This document shows positions 22,035 through 33,014 of a DNA stretch of 64,000 bases, in pieces. The translations under genes and the position numbers were made by a program. The notes below the pieces were generated by a model. It was not told the DNA's origin. It did no database searches and was given only the letters and a program-made list of their open reading frames with translations. The DNA comes from Promethearchaeota archaeon (GTDB lineage Archaea; Asgardarchaeota; Lokiarchaeia; Sigyniarchaeales; SOKP01): NCBI GenBank assembly GCA_048937405.1, contig JBHLNF010000004.1:96001-160000 (forward strand), in the 5' to 3' direction. Each line of letters opens with the position of its first letter. Within the stretch, counting starts at the first letter, position 1.

Positions 22035-22751
22035 GCGATCAAAATTAGACAGATAAAATACATTAAAAATTACTTTTGGGTTATAATTCTAATTAGCGGT
22101 ATAATACTATTAATATCTTCATTTATTAATAAAGGTGAAAAAAAAGAAGAGTCAACTAGTAAATCATTAGATTATAGAAGATACATCTGGATTCTACCTC
22201 TTATCGCGGGTATCCTCACTTTTATCTCGTTTTTTACTCCATCGGCTTATTTTGATATGATGGGTATTAAGGAATATTATTGGATGTGGGGATTATATTA
22301 TAATAAGATTCCTGGGTTTAGTACTACTACAACTTTATTACCTTTGGAGGAACCAGCACAATATATGATACCTATATTTTTATCAGGTATTTTTAGTGCT
22401 ATAATAATATTTTTTTGCTCATTAATACCTATAGGTGAAGCAAATAGACTAAAAAAGAATAGAAAAGACTCTAAAAATATTGGTATTAGATTAATTGGAG
22501 AAGGAATTTTAATACTTATAGCTATAATTGTCTATGTCATCGCAATAGAAATCACTACGACAAATTACACTGAATTTATTTTCTCTGACTTATATGATGA
22601 TGACTATATCAGTCTTTTTAGATATGAATTTGAATTTTGGGATATATATGATCCTGGTTTCGCTATTATTGGACCAATAATAGGCGCTTCGCTCAATATT
22701 ATTGCGGGCGGAGTTATCATATATCTTAATTCCAGAGAAAATGTTATGTAA
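22035..22751 (+). CDS. Hypothetical multi-pass membrane protein; start uncertain (frame open from 22035, first ATG 22257)
   Basis: In-frame upstream sequence encodes two more hydrophobic segments (FWVIILISGIILLISSF; IWILPLIAGILTFISFF). Confidence 0.6.
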   Translation, partial: AIKIRQIKYIKNYFWVIILISGIILLISSFINKGEKKEESTSKSLDYRRYIWILPLIAGILTFISFFTPSAYFDMMGIKEYYWMWGLYYNKIPGFSTTTTLLPLEEPAQYMIPIFLSGIFSAIIIFFCSLIPIGEANRLKKNRKDSKNIGIRLIGEGILILIAIIVYVIAIEITTTNYTEFIFSDLYDDDYISLFRYEFEFWDIYDPGFAIIGPIIGASLNIIAGGVIIYLNSRENVM

Positions 22752-22999
22752 ATCGGAAAAATGAGAGATTTTATACATAAAAGACCGATTCAATAAACAA
22801 TTTTTTATCTTAAATATTTTCCGGAGCTTGGATAAAAAATTTTATATAAAGAAAGTTAATCTTATAGAATTTATGAATTTAACTCCCAATCTTAGAAGAT
22901 AAGGCTTAAATGATTTGTAAGGAATTAAATTTATGAATATCTTAGATTTTTAGAGTTATCTGAATCAAATTCATTTTAATTTAATAGAAAAAAATTAGA

Positions 23000-23623
23000 T
23001 TAAGCACTCTCCATAGATTTTCCAGAGAGTTTTTTGTAATGATTGAGCACTGCTTGACGAGCAGCATAAACAAAAGCTCTTTTTACATTAACTCCTTGAA
23101 TAGCAATAGTCTCATATATTAGTACATGGTTCAGTTTTGCAGTATCAAGTGCTTGACGTATTTTAGATATCTCTACAATGTCCTCTAAATCCCTTTTATT
23201 AGCTAAAACTACTGTTGGTACTTCTGGGGGATCAAATTCTTTAGCGGGTATTAATTTATCTCCGTAGAATCGGAGTAATTCTTTTAAACTCCAAATGTTC
23301 TCGCCCCATTGATCTATTAACGAATCCCAGGTAAAAATACATGCATCAGTTCCTTTGAGAACTGTTTGTCGTTGAAATTTATGTCTTCGCTGCCCAGCTA
23401 CGGTATAAACTTGAAATACTACATTTGAAACCCTTGCAACTACACGATCGAAAAAGAGTGTTCGGCCAGTTGGGTCTTGTATCTGTTGCATATCTCCTGT
23501 GGCTAATCCCTCTTTTTTATAAACCCAGTCCAACGCCGTAGTCTTTCCTCCTAAACTTGGGCCATAAAAACAAATTTTGAAAACAAGTGTTCCGTCTCCC
23601 CGACGACTTGGCAAATATATCAA
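23000..23623 (-). CDS. MglA-like small GTPase (Ras superfamily)
   Basis: YGPSLGGKTT P-loop, RTLFFD switch I, YTVAGQ, NKRD. Confidence 0.9.
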   Translation of the reverse strand: MIYLPSRRGDGTLVFKICFYGPSLGGKTTALDWVYKKEGLATGDMQQIQDPTGRTLFFDRVVARVSNVVFQVYTVAGQRRHKFQRQTVLKGTDACIFTWDSLIDQWGENIWSLKELLRFYGDKLIPAKEFDPPEVPTVVLANKRDLEDIVEISKIRQALDTAKLNHVLIYETIAIQGVNVKRAFVYAARQAVLNHYKKLSGKSMESA

Positions 23624-23888
23624 TCCTCGCTTTTAAATTATCAAAAATTATTAATTAAATCTTATTAAATCTATAACACTCTTGTAATATAAAAATTTGC
23701 ATAAGAAAAGTTTTGCGATTTATAAATAATGAAGGCATTGTTTTTATATGTATTTAGCTTTATTATCTGAATACTATATGAAAATTGATGTATTATAAAA
23801 AACGAAAAGAGATAAAAACTACAGGTAATTAGGTTAAGAATCTAAAATCTAATATCATAAAATAATATTTTTAATCATAAGAAACGAT

Positions 23889-26129
23889 TTAGACTATTTC
23901 TGGAATTAAGAGGATAAATTTACTTCCTTTTGAGTAATCACTTTTTACTTTATTCTCAACCCATATTTTTCCCTTGTATCCCTTAATTATTTTTTTCACA
24001 AGAGATAAACCTATTCCCATACCTTTTGACCCTTTTAATTCTCTATTACCTCGGTTAAATATTATTTCCTTTCTATCGTCTGGGACTCCTATTCCATTGT
24101 CACTGAATTCCATTCTGATATATTTTTTCCCTTCAATTTGAGTTTCTGTTGCATTAACATCAATCTCAATACTTAGGTGCTCATTATACTTAGCACTATT
24201 TATTAAAATATTATCAAATACATCTTGGAGAAGCTCATTAGCATCAGCAATTAAATGATCTATATCACATTTTATAGTGATATTAATGTTTTTATCATCA
24301 TATGCTTTATTGACAAACTCAATTGATTGTTCCATTAATTTGCATATTTTTGTAGGACTAGTATAAATTTTTTCTTCCTCAAGTTGAGATAAAGTATTTA
24401 CATTTTGAACTAATTTAGCACCTCTCTCAACTTGTTTTCTTATAATATTTGAAATATCTTCTATAACTTTAGATTTTTCAGATCCACCTACATGATAAGG
24501 AATAAGTTCTGCTGAAGAGTTAATAATATGAAGAATATTATTTATATCGTGAGCAAAGAGATCTTTATAAAAATTAGCTCTATTAAAAGCTCTGCGGTAT
24601 TTCTCTTCAGATAAAATTAGAGCTTTTTCTGCCTTTTTGCGTTCGGTTATATCTAATACCATAGATCGAGATTCAATGATATTTCCTTCTTGATCAAAAA
24701 CAGGTTTTACAGTTAAACTGACCCAAATTGTTGTCCCATCTTTTTTTTTTATCATTAATTCTTGATCTTGAACTTTTTCTCCTTTTAGGAACCTTTTAAA
24801 AAGTTGTTTAGCTTTTGTTAAACTATTCTCATCGTTAATATATAAATCTAACACACTCATTTCCTTAAATTCATTTTTTGTATAACCAAGAAGGTTCTCT
24901 GCTGCTTTATTGCAATTTGTAATTTTATTTTCTTTTCCGATTGAAAAGTAGGCATTAGGGGCATCTTCATAAAGTTCTCGATATTTTTCTTCTGATTCTT
25001 TTATTTTCCTATCAATTCTTTTACGTTCTGTTATATCTCTTGAAATAATAAGTGCTTTGAATTCTCCATCTATATCATAAAAACCTTTTCCCTTTGATTC
25101 AATCCATACCCAATGACCATCTTTATGTCGAAAACGTAATTCCGCTCCACCTTCACCATGTTTAAATCCTTCAAATAGTGTTCGAGATATTCTTGTTAAA
25201 TCATCAGGGTGAATGAATTTCAAAGCAGATTTTCCAATAATATCTTCTTCTGTGTACCCCAAAATTTGTTGAAATGCATTAATATTCATATATTCATATT
25301 TAAATTTCTTATTTAATACTCCAATTAAATCATAAGCAGTCTCGGAGATTAATCTATATTTTTCTTCGGATTCTCTTAATTTTTCCTCTGCCAATTTGCG
25401 GTCATTAATATCTCTCGCTATTGAGAGAATCTTCTTATGCCCTTTACCATTATAAAAATATTTACCCGCAAATTCAAACCATTTATAATTTCCAAATTTA
25501 TCCTTAAATCTGGCTTCATACGAGCCTTTTCCTCTTTTTAAATTCTTAACTGTAGACCGAATAGCATGTCTGATATCTTCAGGATGGAGAAATGGAAGGT
25601 GAGTTTGACCAATCAAGTCTTTTTCTGTAAATTCTAATAAACGTTTATGTACATTTTCATTGATATATTCGAATTCGAATCTATCATTTAAAACTCTAAT
25701 TAAATCATTAGCATTTTCAGATATCAGTCTATATTTCTCTTCTGACTCTTTCAACTTATCCTCGGCTATCTTTCTTTTTGTAATGTCTCTTGATATTATG
25801 AGAAATTTTAATTCTCCATCTTTATCTACAAATTGTCTACCATTTGATTCAATCCAAATAAAGTGCCCTTCTTTATGCTTGAATCTTAATGCAAGATAAG
25901 GGATACTAGTATGTAATAAATTATCGAATTCATATATAACGTTATTATGATCTTCAAGATATATAAAATCCAAGAGTTTTCTGCCTATTAAATCTTTACT
26001 AGAATAGCCTGTTAACTTATAGTGCATACTTTCATTCACAAATTCATAGATTAAATCCTGATTTATAATCGAAACTAAATCGTTTATTTGTTTTACTATA
26101 ATTTCATTTATTTCTCCCGATCTAATCAA
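23889..26129 (-). CDS. Cytoplasmic multi-PAS (4x) sensor histidine kinase
   Basis: Repeated PAS/PAC units ending RDITERK; H-box AHDINN, N-box, DNGIG, GMGIGL. Confidence 0.93.
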   Translation of the reverse strand: MIRSGEINEIIVKQINDLVSIINQDLIYEFVNESMHYKLTGYSSKDLIGRKLLDFIYLEDHNNVIYEFDNLLHTSIPYLALRFKHKEGHFIWIESNGRQFVDKDGELKFLIISRDITKRKIAEDKLKESEEKYRLISENANDLIRVLNDRFEFEYINENVHKRLLEFTEKDLIGQTHLPFLHPEDIRHAIRSTVKNLKRGKGSYEARFKDKFGNYKWFEFAGKYFYNGKGHKKILSIARDINDRKLAEEKLRESEEKYRLISETAYDLIGVLNKKFKYEYMNINAFQQILGYTEEDIIGKSALKFIHPDDLTRISRTLFEGFKHGEGGAELRFRHKDGHWVWIESKGKGFYDIDGEFKALIISRDITERKRIDRKIKESEEKYRELYEDAPNAYFSIGKENKITNCNKAAENLLGYTKNEFKEMSVLDLYINDENSLTKAKQLFKRFLKGEKVQDQELMIKKKDGTTIWVSLTVKPVFDQEGNIIESRSMVLDITERKKAEKALILSEEKYRRAFNRANFYKDLFAHDINNILHIINSSAELIPYHVGGSEKSKVIEDISNIIRKQVERGAKLVQNVNTLSQLEEEKIYTSPTKICKLMEQSIEFVNKAYDDKNINITIKCDIDHLIADANELLQDVFDNILINSAKYNEHLSIEIDVNATETQIEGKKYIRMEFSDNGIGVPDDRKEIIFNRGNRELKGSKGMGIGLSLVKKIIKGYKGKIWVENKVKSDYSKGSKFILLIPEIV

Positions 26130-26460
26130 TATTAATCCTCTTCTTATCTTTTTATATTGTTTTCCTCTTCGAGTGATGTTAGGAATATTTTTAAAATTAG
26201 ATAGAAATTTGTCTTTCTTTCCAAATACAGAATAAATTGAGATTATTTATGTTTTTATTTTTCGACAAAAGGAAAAATGAAAAGGAAAAGTCAATATAAT
26301 TGATTCTTAATAGCTTATTTGGAAATTCATAAAATGATGTTAAATTTAAGAGAATTTTATGATATTGTAAAATCATTTGTTTTTGAGAATATTAAAAAAT
26401 AAGTTTTTTCATGATATAATAAGCAATTTAATTGTTTTAGATAACAAAATATTTTAGGTC

Positions 26461-29400
26461 ATGAAAATGAAAACTTTTTTAAAGTCAAATGGGTTATCTG
26501 ATAATGCTATTAAAATATATCTTGATGGATTAGGGAGACTACCTTATACTTTTAGTGAAATTCAATGTATTCTCCCAAATCTTTCAGAAAACGATGTAAA
26601 AGAAATTATTGATGAGCTTATTTCAAAAAAATTGATTATAATTATTACTCCAAAATATTCAAAATCATTACCTCACTATATTATTATCCCTCCATTTGCA
26701 TTGTTAATTAATAGTTTATCTGGATCAGCAAATAGTTCTGAAGAGAATGATACTCAAAATCCTAAAAATACTTTTTCATTAGAGGGATTTCAGGAAGCTA
26801 TTTATCAAGATTTTGAAAGTATTACGGAAGATTTAATTGATACTATTAGTAAACAAGAAAGTTCTATTCAAACAACAGAGATTTTAGCTGAAGTTGAAAA
26901 TAATGTAAAAAAGTTTGCTCAAGTAATATTAAATGAAGTTATAGAATTAATTTCCCCTCTTAAAATGCAATCGGGTATAGATGGTCGCGACTTAAATAAA
27001 CTTATTAGTTTAGTTAAACAAAAAATTTCAGAATCAGAAGAAATTGTAACTAATATGTTCACCCAATTTAAGGATGTCGTAAATGAAATGACCCCATCTA
27101 ATAATATATCGCATATTGAGGGACTTAAAGTCTTTATACGTAGATTAGGAGAATCAATCGAGCAGCGAGTTGATCAAATTTCTTTAGGAACTGATTTAGT
27201 CTCTTTAAATAAAATAAAATCAATTAAATCTTCTATAAATAATATATTAACAAATTATCTTAGCATTTTTAAAGTTTCAACAGAAAAATTTTGGGAAATT
27301 GATAATAATGAGAAAATTAAAGAGATTATTTCAATATTATTAGAAATATGTACTAGTAATTTGACTATAATAGTGCCTCATATTGAAGATTTTATCCCAT
27401 TAGAGAAATTAGCATTGGATTACTCAAAAGGTCTCGAAATAGAGAGGAAAGATACTAAAAAAACAAAAATCTCTAAAAAACCAGGATATAAAGGGCAATT
27501 AATTACAAAAAAGCAAAAAAAGGAAATTGAAGATAAACTTGATCTTACTGCTAAAAAAGTAGCAGAATTAAAGGGATTTGAATTAAGTCATGATATTGCA
27601 GAGATATTATCAATTATTTCTGAAATAAATCCAGAGTCTATGGCTATAGAAAGTATTCAAGGCTGGTTGAATAGACTCCTAGTTATCAGAAAACATCTGG
27701 ATTCAAACACTCAATATCTTCTCCTAGAAAATATTGAAAAATGGAAAAAAAATTTTGCCAAAGTAAAGAAAAAAGAGGAAAAGCCAAAAGAGGAATTGAT
27801 TGATGAGTTAAAAGAGAAAATTTCTAAAGAAAAACCTTCTTCTATTGGTTTACAAATAAAAATTATTTCATCGGAATCTCATGATAATAAGCATGCCATA
27901 GCTTTGGCAAATATAACGAATATTGAATATTTACAAATAAAAAGTAATGAAACTATTGCGATTATAGGGGATAATTCTTATTTAGTTATTGGAATCTGCC
28001 ATCATCTAAATAATAAATCAACTTATGAAATTGGAGGATTTTTTACAACATATTTACCTATACTCAAAATTTTTCAACCTTTTATTGAGAGAATTAAAAA
28101 TAAAGCAATTTATTCAAAAGAAATTGAAATTAACAGAGGTTTTAATGAAATCATTGAAAATATTAATGATTATACAGGAAAAAAAATCAGCAGGAAATTA
28201 AAGAGGTTATTAGATGTTGCCTTTGAACAGGACGGAATCTCTCTTGATATTTTAGAATTAAAATTATTAGTAGGGAAATTAGAGAAACACTATCATCCAT
28301 TAGATGATGAAATGAAGGAATATGTGATCAATGAACTCAATAAATTAAATAAGAAATTTTCTAACTTAGAATTAATTTATCCTCCAGATTTTAGACCAAC
28401 AATTATAGAAGCAGATACTAAAGGTGAATTAGAGTTTGAGATTACACCTGCTGAGATTGAACCTCTTGATCCAGAAAAAATTAATAACCTATTCGAATTA
28501 TTGATGGATAAAATAGATGATCTTAAGGGCACGGAAATAGGCGAGCAAATTGATAAATTTATAGAAGTAATTTTGAAATTACAGGGCTATTCCGAAATTA
28601 TTGAATGGAAAAAGAGTCTACGCTCCGTTAATGAGACTTTAGAAGAACCATTTAAAGAAAAAATTAAGAAGGATTTATTAAGTTGGAAAGAGGGAATATT
28701 GCACCAATCAATATCTTCTGATGAATCAACAAGAGAGGAAGCAATTGGAAAAGATGTACAATCACAAAGCATCCATTCTGAAAAGATGACAGCATCATCA
28801 ATTTATGAAGAAGAATATACTAGTCCAGGAATGGCACAATCACAATTTGGGAATGAAGATGAATCGGCTTCTACTGATGATTCAGATAAATCTGATTCTG
28901 AAAAAGAAATGAGAGAATTATTTAATACTATTGAGGAAAACTTAGGGGAATTAAGTGGAACTGAAATAAGTAAGAAATTGCAAAATATTGTTGATATTAT
29001 ATTAGAAAATGAAGGATATTCTATGGCTCTTAAGGAAATTAAAGACTGGATTAGCAAACTACGAATGATTAGAACTCCACTTGAAACTGAAATTAAGGAA
29101 GATTTTGAATTAGAATTTTTAAAGTTAAAACAAAAATATATTGTTGAAGATGGCAAAACTAATTTAGATTTTAGTCCATCATTTGAGAAGTTTGAAGAAT
29201 CTGTAGAGGAAAGTGGAAAAGGAGGAAGCTTAAGTGAAAAATTTAACAACTTGTCACAAACCACAGCTACTCAGAATGGTAATAAATTAAGTGAAGATTT
29301 ACAAGTGATCGCCGATATTGTATTACAATCGCACGGTGCTGTAGCTGTAAATGTTATTAGGCAATGGATCAGTCGATTAAGGTCAATAAAAGAACCATTG

Positions 29401-29463
29401 GAAGAAGATATAAAAGAAGAGTTTTTAGCTGAAGTTGAAAAATGGAAGGAGAAATTTACTTAG
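26461..29463 (+). CDS. Large protein with TrmB-like N-terminal wHTH and five ~65-aa helical repeats
   Basis: GLSDNAIKIY..L...TFSEI N-terminus; repeat consensus L.G.EIS..L..I.D.I....G.S......W...L......L.......F...L.KWK. Confidence 0.6.
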   Translation: MKMKTFLKSNGLSDNAIKIYLDGLGRLPYTFSEIQCILPNLSENDVKEIIDELISKKLIIIITPKYSKSLPHYIIIPPFALLINSLSGSANSSEENDTQNPKNTFSLEGFQEAIYQDFESITEDLIDTISKQESSIQTTEILAEVENNVKKFAQVILNEVIELISPLKMQSGIDGRDLNKLISLVKQKISESEEIVTNMFTQFKDVVNEMTPSNNISHIEGLKVFIRRLGESIEQRVDQISLGTDLVSLNKIKSIKSSINNILTNYLSIFKVSTEKFWEIDNNEKIKEIISILLEICTSNLTIIVPHIEDFIPLEKLALDYSKGLEIERKDTKKTKISKKPGYKGQLITKKQKKEIEDKLDLTAKKVAELKGFELSHDIAEILSIISEINPESMAIESIQGWLNRLLVIRKHLDSNTQYLLLENIEKWKKNFAKVKKKEEKPKEELIDELKEKISKEKPSSIGLQIKIISSESHDNKHAIALANITNIEYLQIKSNETIAIIGDNSYLVIGICHHLNNKSTYEIGGFFTTYLPILKIFQPFIERIKNKAIYSKEIEINRGFNEIIENINDYTGKKISRKLKRLLDVAFEQDGISLDILELKLLVGKLEKHYHPLDDEMKEYVINELNKLNKKFSNLELIYPPDFRPTIIEADTKGELEFEITPAEIEPLDPEKINNLFELLMDKIDDLKGTEIGEQIDKFIEVILKLQGYSEIIEWKKSLRSVNETLEEPFKEKIKKDLLSWKEGILHQSISSDESTREEAIGKDVQSQSIHSEKMTASSIYEEEYTSPGMAQSQFGNEDESASTDDSDKSDSEKEMRELFNTIEENLGELSGTEISKKLQNIVDIILENEGYSMALKEIKDWISKLRMIRTPLETEIKEDFELEFLKLKQKYIVEDGKTNLDFSPSFEKFEESVEESGKGGSLSEKFNNLSQTTATQNGNKLSEDLQVIADIVLQSHGAVAVNVIRQWISRLRSIKEPLEEDIKEEFLAEVEKWKEKFT

Positions 29464-29473
29464 GACTTTAACC

Positions 29474-30622
29474 TTAATAAAAAGGATTATGATATTTCTC
29501 TTTCTTTTTATTATATAAGGTTCTTAATTTAATTTCTTTCCCGATTAGGCCTTCAATATGACATAAATATTCATATTCATCTTTTAAACAAAGAGTAATT
29601 GCAATTCCCTTTTTACGCATTCGTGAGGTCCGCCCTATTCGATGAACATAATTATCGGGAAACTTTGGTATGTCATAATTTATCACATGAGATATATTAT
29701 CTATATCAAGACCTCTTGCCGCCACATCAGTTGCAATAAGTAAATTAATCTCATGATCCCTAAATTTCTGTAAAATTTTCTCTCTCTTAAATTGAGATAA
29801 ATCCCCTGAGATAACACCTATTTTTAAATTGATACCTTTGTATGATTTTAGTCTTTTTTCTAACCACGATGAGGTTTTTTTTGTATTAACAAATACTAAC
29901 GCATGTTTTGGTTTTTCAAGCTTTAAAATTTTGATAAATGTCCTTAACTTTTCCTCAAATCTTTCAATTAAATAATAGACCTGTAATGTACTTCCAACAG
30001 TTAGATTGTCTCTGCTTAAATTTAAAAATTCAAATTTGTTTCCTGTATGCGTTTTAACCAATTTTCTCATATCTGAATCTAAAGTTGCTGAAAAAAGCAT
30101 AAATTGAAAATCTGATCTTATTTTGCTTAAAATATATTTCACATCAGGAGCAAATCCCATGTCCCAAAGGCGATCTCCTTCATCTAAACAAACAAAACGA
30201 ATATTGTTAAGCCTAAGTTCCTTTCTTTTGTAAAGGTCAATTATTCTACCTGGTGTACCGACAATTATATTAACTCCATTCTTTAATTTTTGAATTTGAT
30301 TGTTAATAGAGACACCACCATAAATTGTCATTGATTTGACTTTAGGATTTCTTAAATCCTTAATAACTTTATTTATTTGTTTGGCAAGCTCTCTTGTAGG
30401 GACTAAAATTAAAGCTTCATTATTAAGATATTTTAACTGCTCAATAATGGGGAGAATAAAAGCTAGTGTTTTCCCACTCCCAGTTCGAGATTGGGTCATT
30501 AAATGATTGCCTTTTAAAACAAGAGGAATCGCTTTTTTCTGTACAGGTGTCGGTTTTAAAATATTTAACTTTTTTAAAGCAATATTATTTTTTTTACTAA
30601 TACCTAAATCTATAAAACTCAA
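29474..30622 (-). CDS. DEAD-box RNA helicase (DEGD variant)
   Basis: Q-motif, TGSGKT, PTRELA, TPGR, DEGD, SAT, ARGLD, HRIGRTSR. Confidence 0.95.
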   Translation of the reverse strand: MSFIDLGISKKNNIALKKLNILKPTPVQKKAIPLVLKGNHLMTQSRTGSGKTLAFILPIIEQLKYLNNEALILVPTRELAKQINKVIKDLRNPKVKSMTIYGGVSINNQIQKLKNGVNIIVGTPGRIIDLYKRKELRLNNIRFVCLDEGDRLWDMGFAPDVKYILSKIRSDFQFMLFSATLDSDMRKLVKTHTGNKFEFLNLSRDNLTVGSTLQVYYLIERFEEKLRTFIKILKLEKPKHALVFVNTKKTSSWLEKRLKSYKGINLKIGVISGDLSQFKREKILQKFRDHEINLLIATDVAARGLDIDNISHVINYDIPKFPDNYVHRIGRTSRMRKKGIAITLCLKDEYEYLCHIEGLIGKEIKLRTLYNKKKEKYHNPFY

Positions 30623-30717
30623 TTTTATTATTCTCTATTACTTTTACTTTTTCACACATTGTCATATTAGATAAATTAATCAAGACAGATAAAGGTTCGC
30701 AAATCAATAATAAAATC

Positions 30718-32913
30718 TTATTCAAATAAAACTTTTTCAGATAAATTTTGTATTTTTTTTAATTTTTGATGCAAAAACGTTTTTACTTTTTCCGAGTTTA
30801 TATTCGGATTATTCATATATAAATCATAGACTAATAACTCACATTTCTTACTAATTTTTGCTAATTGTTTATGTAGAGGATTTGATTTATCATAGAGAGG
30901 GATTGGAAATAAAAAGGGTCTCTTATGGATATGTCTTGAACTTTTTATTAATCTAATTTTTTTTGATAAATTAGGATCATTTAACAGTGCTGATAAGTAA
31001 TAAGCTTCATTCTTTGAATCAGTGGAGTAATAATAATTCTCAGATCCAATAATCATTTTTTGATTATCATTGTCTATAACTGCTGCTTTTAAGGTAGATC
31101 CACTTGCATTATAAACAACAATATATGACTTATTATTAACTTGTTTTGTAAGTTTATTCCAATAATTTATGTTATCAAATAAAGTGCTAATACTACTAGT
31201 TTCTTTCTTATTTTGTTGATAAATCTTATTCATTTCTTTATAAAACCGCAAAGCTTTGGGGTACTTCTTTAGGAAATTAAAGTTCAATTCAAATTGATCA
31301 TTTATTGGAAGAAATATATTTCTTGTATGTTTGACAAAAAAAGGAAGAAGATCTAAATTTAGAAAAGTTTTAAATTTAAACCTTTGCTCAATTTCTTTAT
31401 CTATAAATTGAAAAGACCATTTTTTTTTAGCTCGAGATAATACGTCTGGATCGGATGAAATTATGAAATAATTTTCTTTTTTTTCTTTTTTTTTAAAAAA
31501 GATCAAAGTACTTGGAACGATTGTAGCACCTTGGAAAAATTTACCTTTATAGGGACTTTTTCCTAAAGAATTTAAAAACTCTAATTGCTGTGTAGGTAGT
31601 ATTAATTTTGCACCATCCTTTTCAATTTTTAAACTGGAGTAGTATGTTTCTTCTTTTATTTCAAGTTTATCATCAAATAATTTGGTCTTTATTGGATATC
31701 TATCTTCAACTGAAATATCATTATTTTTACCGATATATTCTGCTTTTAAACAAATATGATTCACATTAAAAAAATAATTATCTGGAAAATCCCAAATTTC
31801 TAGATTTTTACCAAAAATAGAAAATGCTCTAAATTTAAGGCAATGATCTCCATTTAATACGCTTTTTGGCATAACAAAAAAGACTTGTCGATTCTTTTTT
31901 AAAAATGTTTCTGGAATAGCGTAAAAAAATATCCCCGCTAATTCAATGTGGGTAATATATTGGCTTTCTGGTTTAATTCCTAAAATTTCTGATAATTCAC
32001 GAATTCTATCTTGATATTTTTTTATAGGAATATCTTTGTATGTTATCCAAGGGGGATTTCCAATAACAATATCAAATGAATGGTATAAGCTTTTAATATT
32101 TAAATTTGCCTGCTTCTCATAAATCTTAGGAAAAAGAGAATCAATCAAAAAAATGTTAATTTCTGGTATAGTATGATTTTTAAGATCATAATATTCTAAG
32201 ATTAATAAGAGAATATTCGATTTTGTTGCCACTAAAGCAAGAGGATTAATATCAAAACCAAATATATTTGCTATTGCTTCAACCTTTATTTGATCCAATT
32301 CTACAGAATCTAATATTTTAATTACGATATTTACTAAAAAATTACCTGAACCACATGATGGATCTAAAACTTTTGATCCCATCCAGTAGACGTCCTCAAC
32401 CATTTTCTTTACTAAAACTAAAGGTGTATAAAATTCACCTATTTTATGACGAGTACCAGGAAGAAATATTTCTTGATATATTTTACTAAATAATTCCTCC
32501 TTAGCATATTTCGCATCTTGAATTAGATTATTAATTTTATCAAATAAATCCTTACTAAATTTAATCCAATGGAAGTACTCAAATTCAAATAAGTTCAATT
32601 GTTCTAAGTCGATTGTTAAATATTCCTTATAATTTCCTTTAATATTGAACTTCTTATAATTGGAAAGTTTAAAATATATTAAAAGCTCTATGAGTAATAC
32701 AAAATAGGTGTGTTTAAGAAATAAATCTGAATTAATGTCATAACCATAAATATTAACATAAAAATCCCTCCACTCCTTTAATCTTATCTCATAAGATTTA
32801 AGTTTTTCAGATTTTTGTTTAAAATATTTTAAAGATTCAAAATATATATTTGAATTTATTCCAAAAATTTCAGAAATAAATTGAGAGCTTAAGGATTTTT
32901 TAATGTTATCCAT
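30718..32913 (-). CDS. N6-adenine DNA methyltransferase (Type IIG/Eco57I-like MTase-TRD, no evident nuclease)
   Basis: GEFYTP, VLDPSCGSGNF, NPPW. Confidence 0.85.
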   Translation of the reverse strand: MDNIKKSLSSQFISEIFGINSNIYFESLKYFKQKSEKLKSYEIRLKEWRDFYVNIYGYDINSDLFLKHTYFVLLIELLIYFKLSNYKKFNIKGNYKEYLTIDLEQLNLFEFEYFHWIKFSKDLFDKINNLIQDAKYAKEELFSKIYQEIFLPGTRHKIGEFYTPLVLVKKMVEDVYWMGSKVLDPSCGSGNFLVNIVIKILDSVELDQIKVEAIANIFGFDINPLALVATKSNILLLILEYYDLKNHTIPEINIFLIDSLFPKIYEKQANLNIKSLYHSFDIVIGNPPWITYKDIPIKKYQDRIRELSEILGIKPESQYITHIELAGIFFYAIPETFLKKNRQVFFVMPKSVLNGDHCLKFRAFSIFGKNLEIWDFPDNYFFNVNHICLKAEYIGKNNDISVEDRYPIKTKLFDDKLEIKEETYYSSLKIEKDGAKLILPTQQLEFLNSLGKSPYKGKFFQGATIVPSTLIFFKKKEKKENYFIISSDPDVLSRAKKKWSFQFIDKEIEQRFKFKTFLNLDLLPFFVKHTRNIFLPINDQFELNFNFLKKYPKALRFYKEMNKIYQQNKKETSSISTLFDNINYWNKLTKQVNNKSYIVVYNASGSTLKAAVIDNDNQKMIIGSENYYYSTDSKNEAYYLSALLNDPNLSKKIRLIKSSRHIHKRPFLFPIPLYDKSNPLHKQLAKISKKCELLVYDLYMNNPNINSEKVKTFLHQKLKKIQNLSEKVLFE

Positions 32914-33014
32914 TTTTTATCATTATACTAAAATTACTTAAACAAATTCAATATTTATTGATAGTTATCTGAAAGTTAATTGTGCTTTTATAAAATCTAA
33001 AAAGAAAGAAGTAG

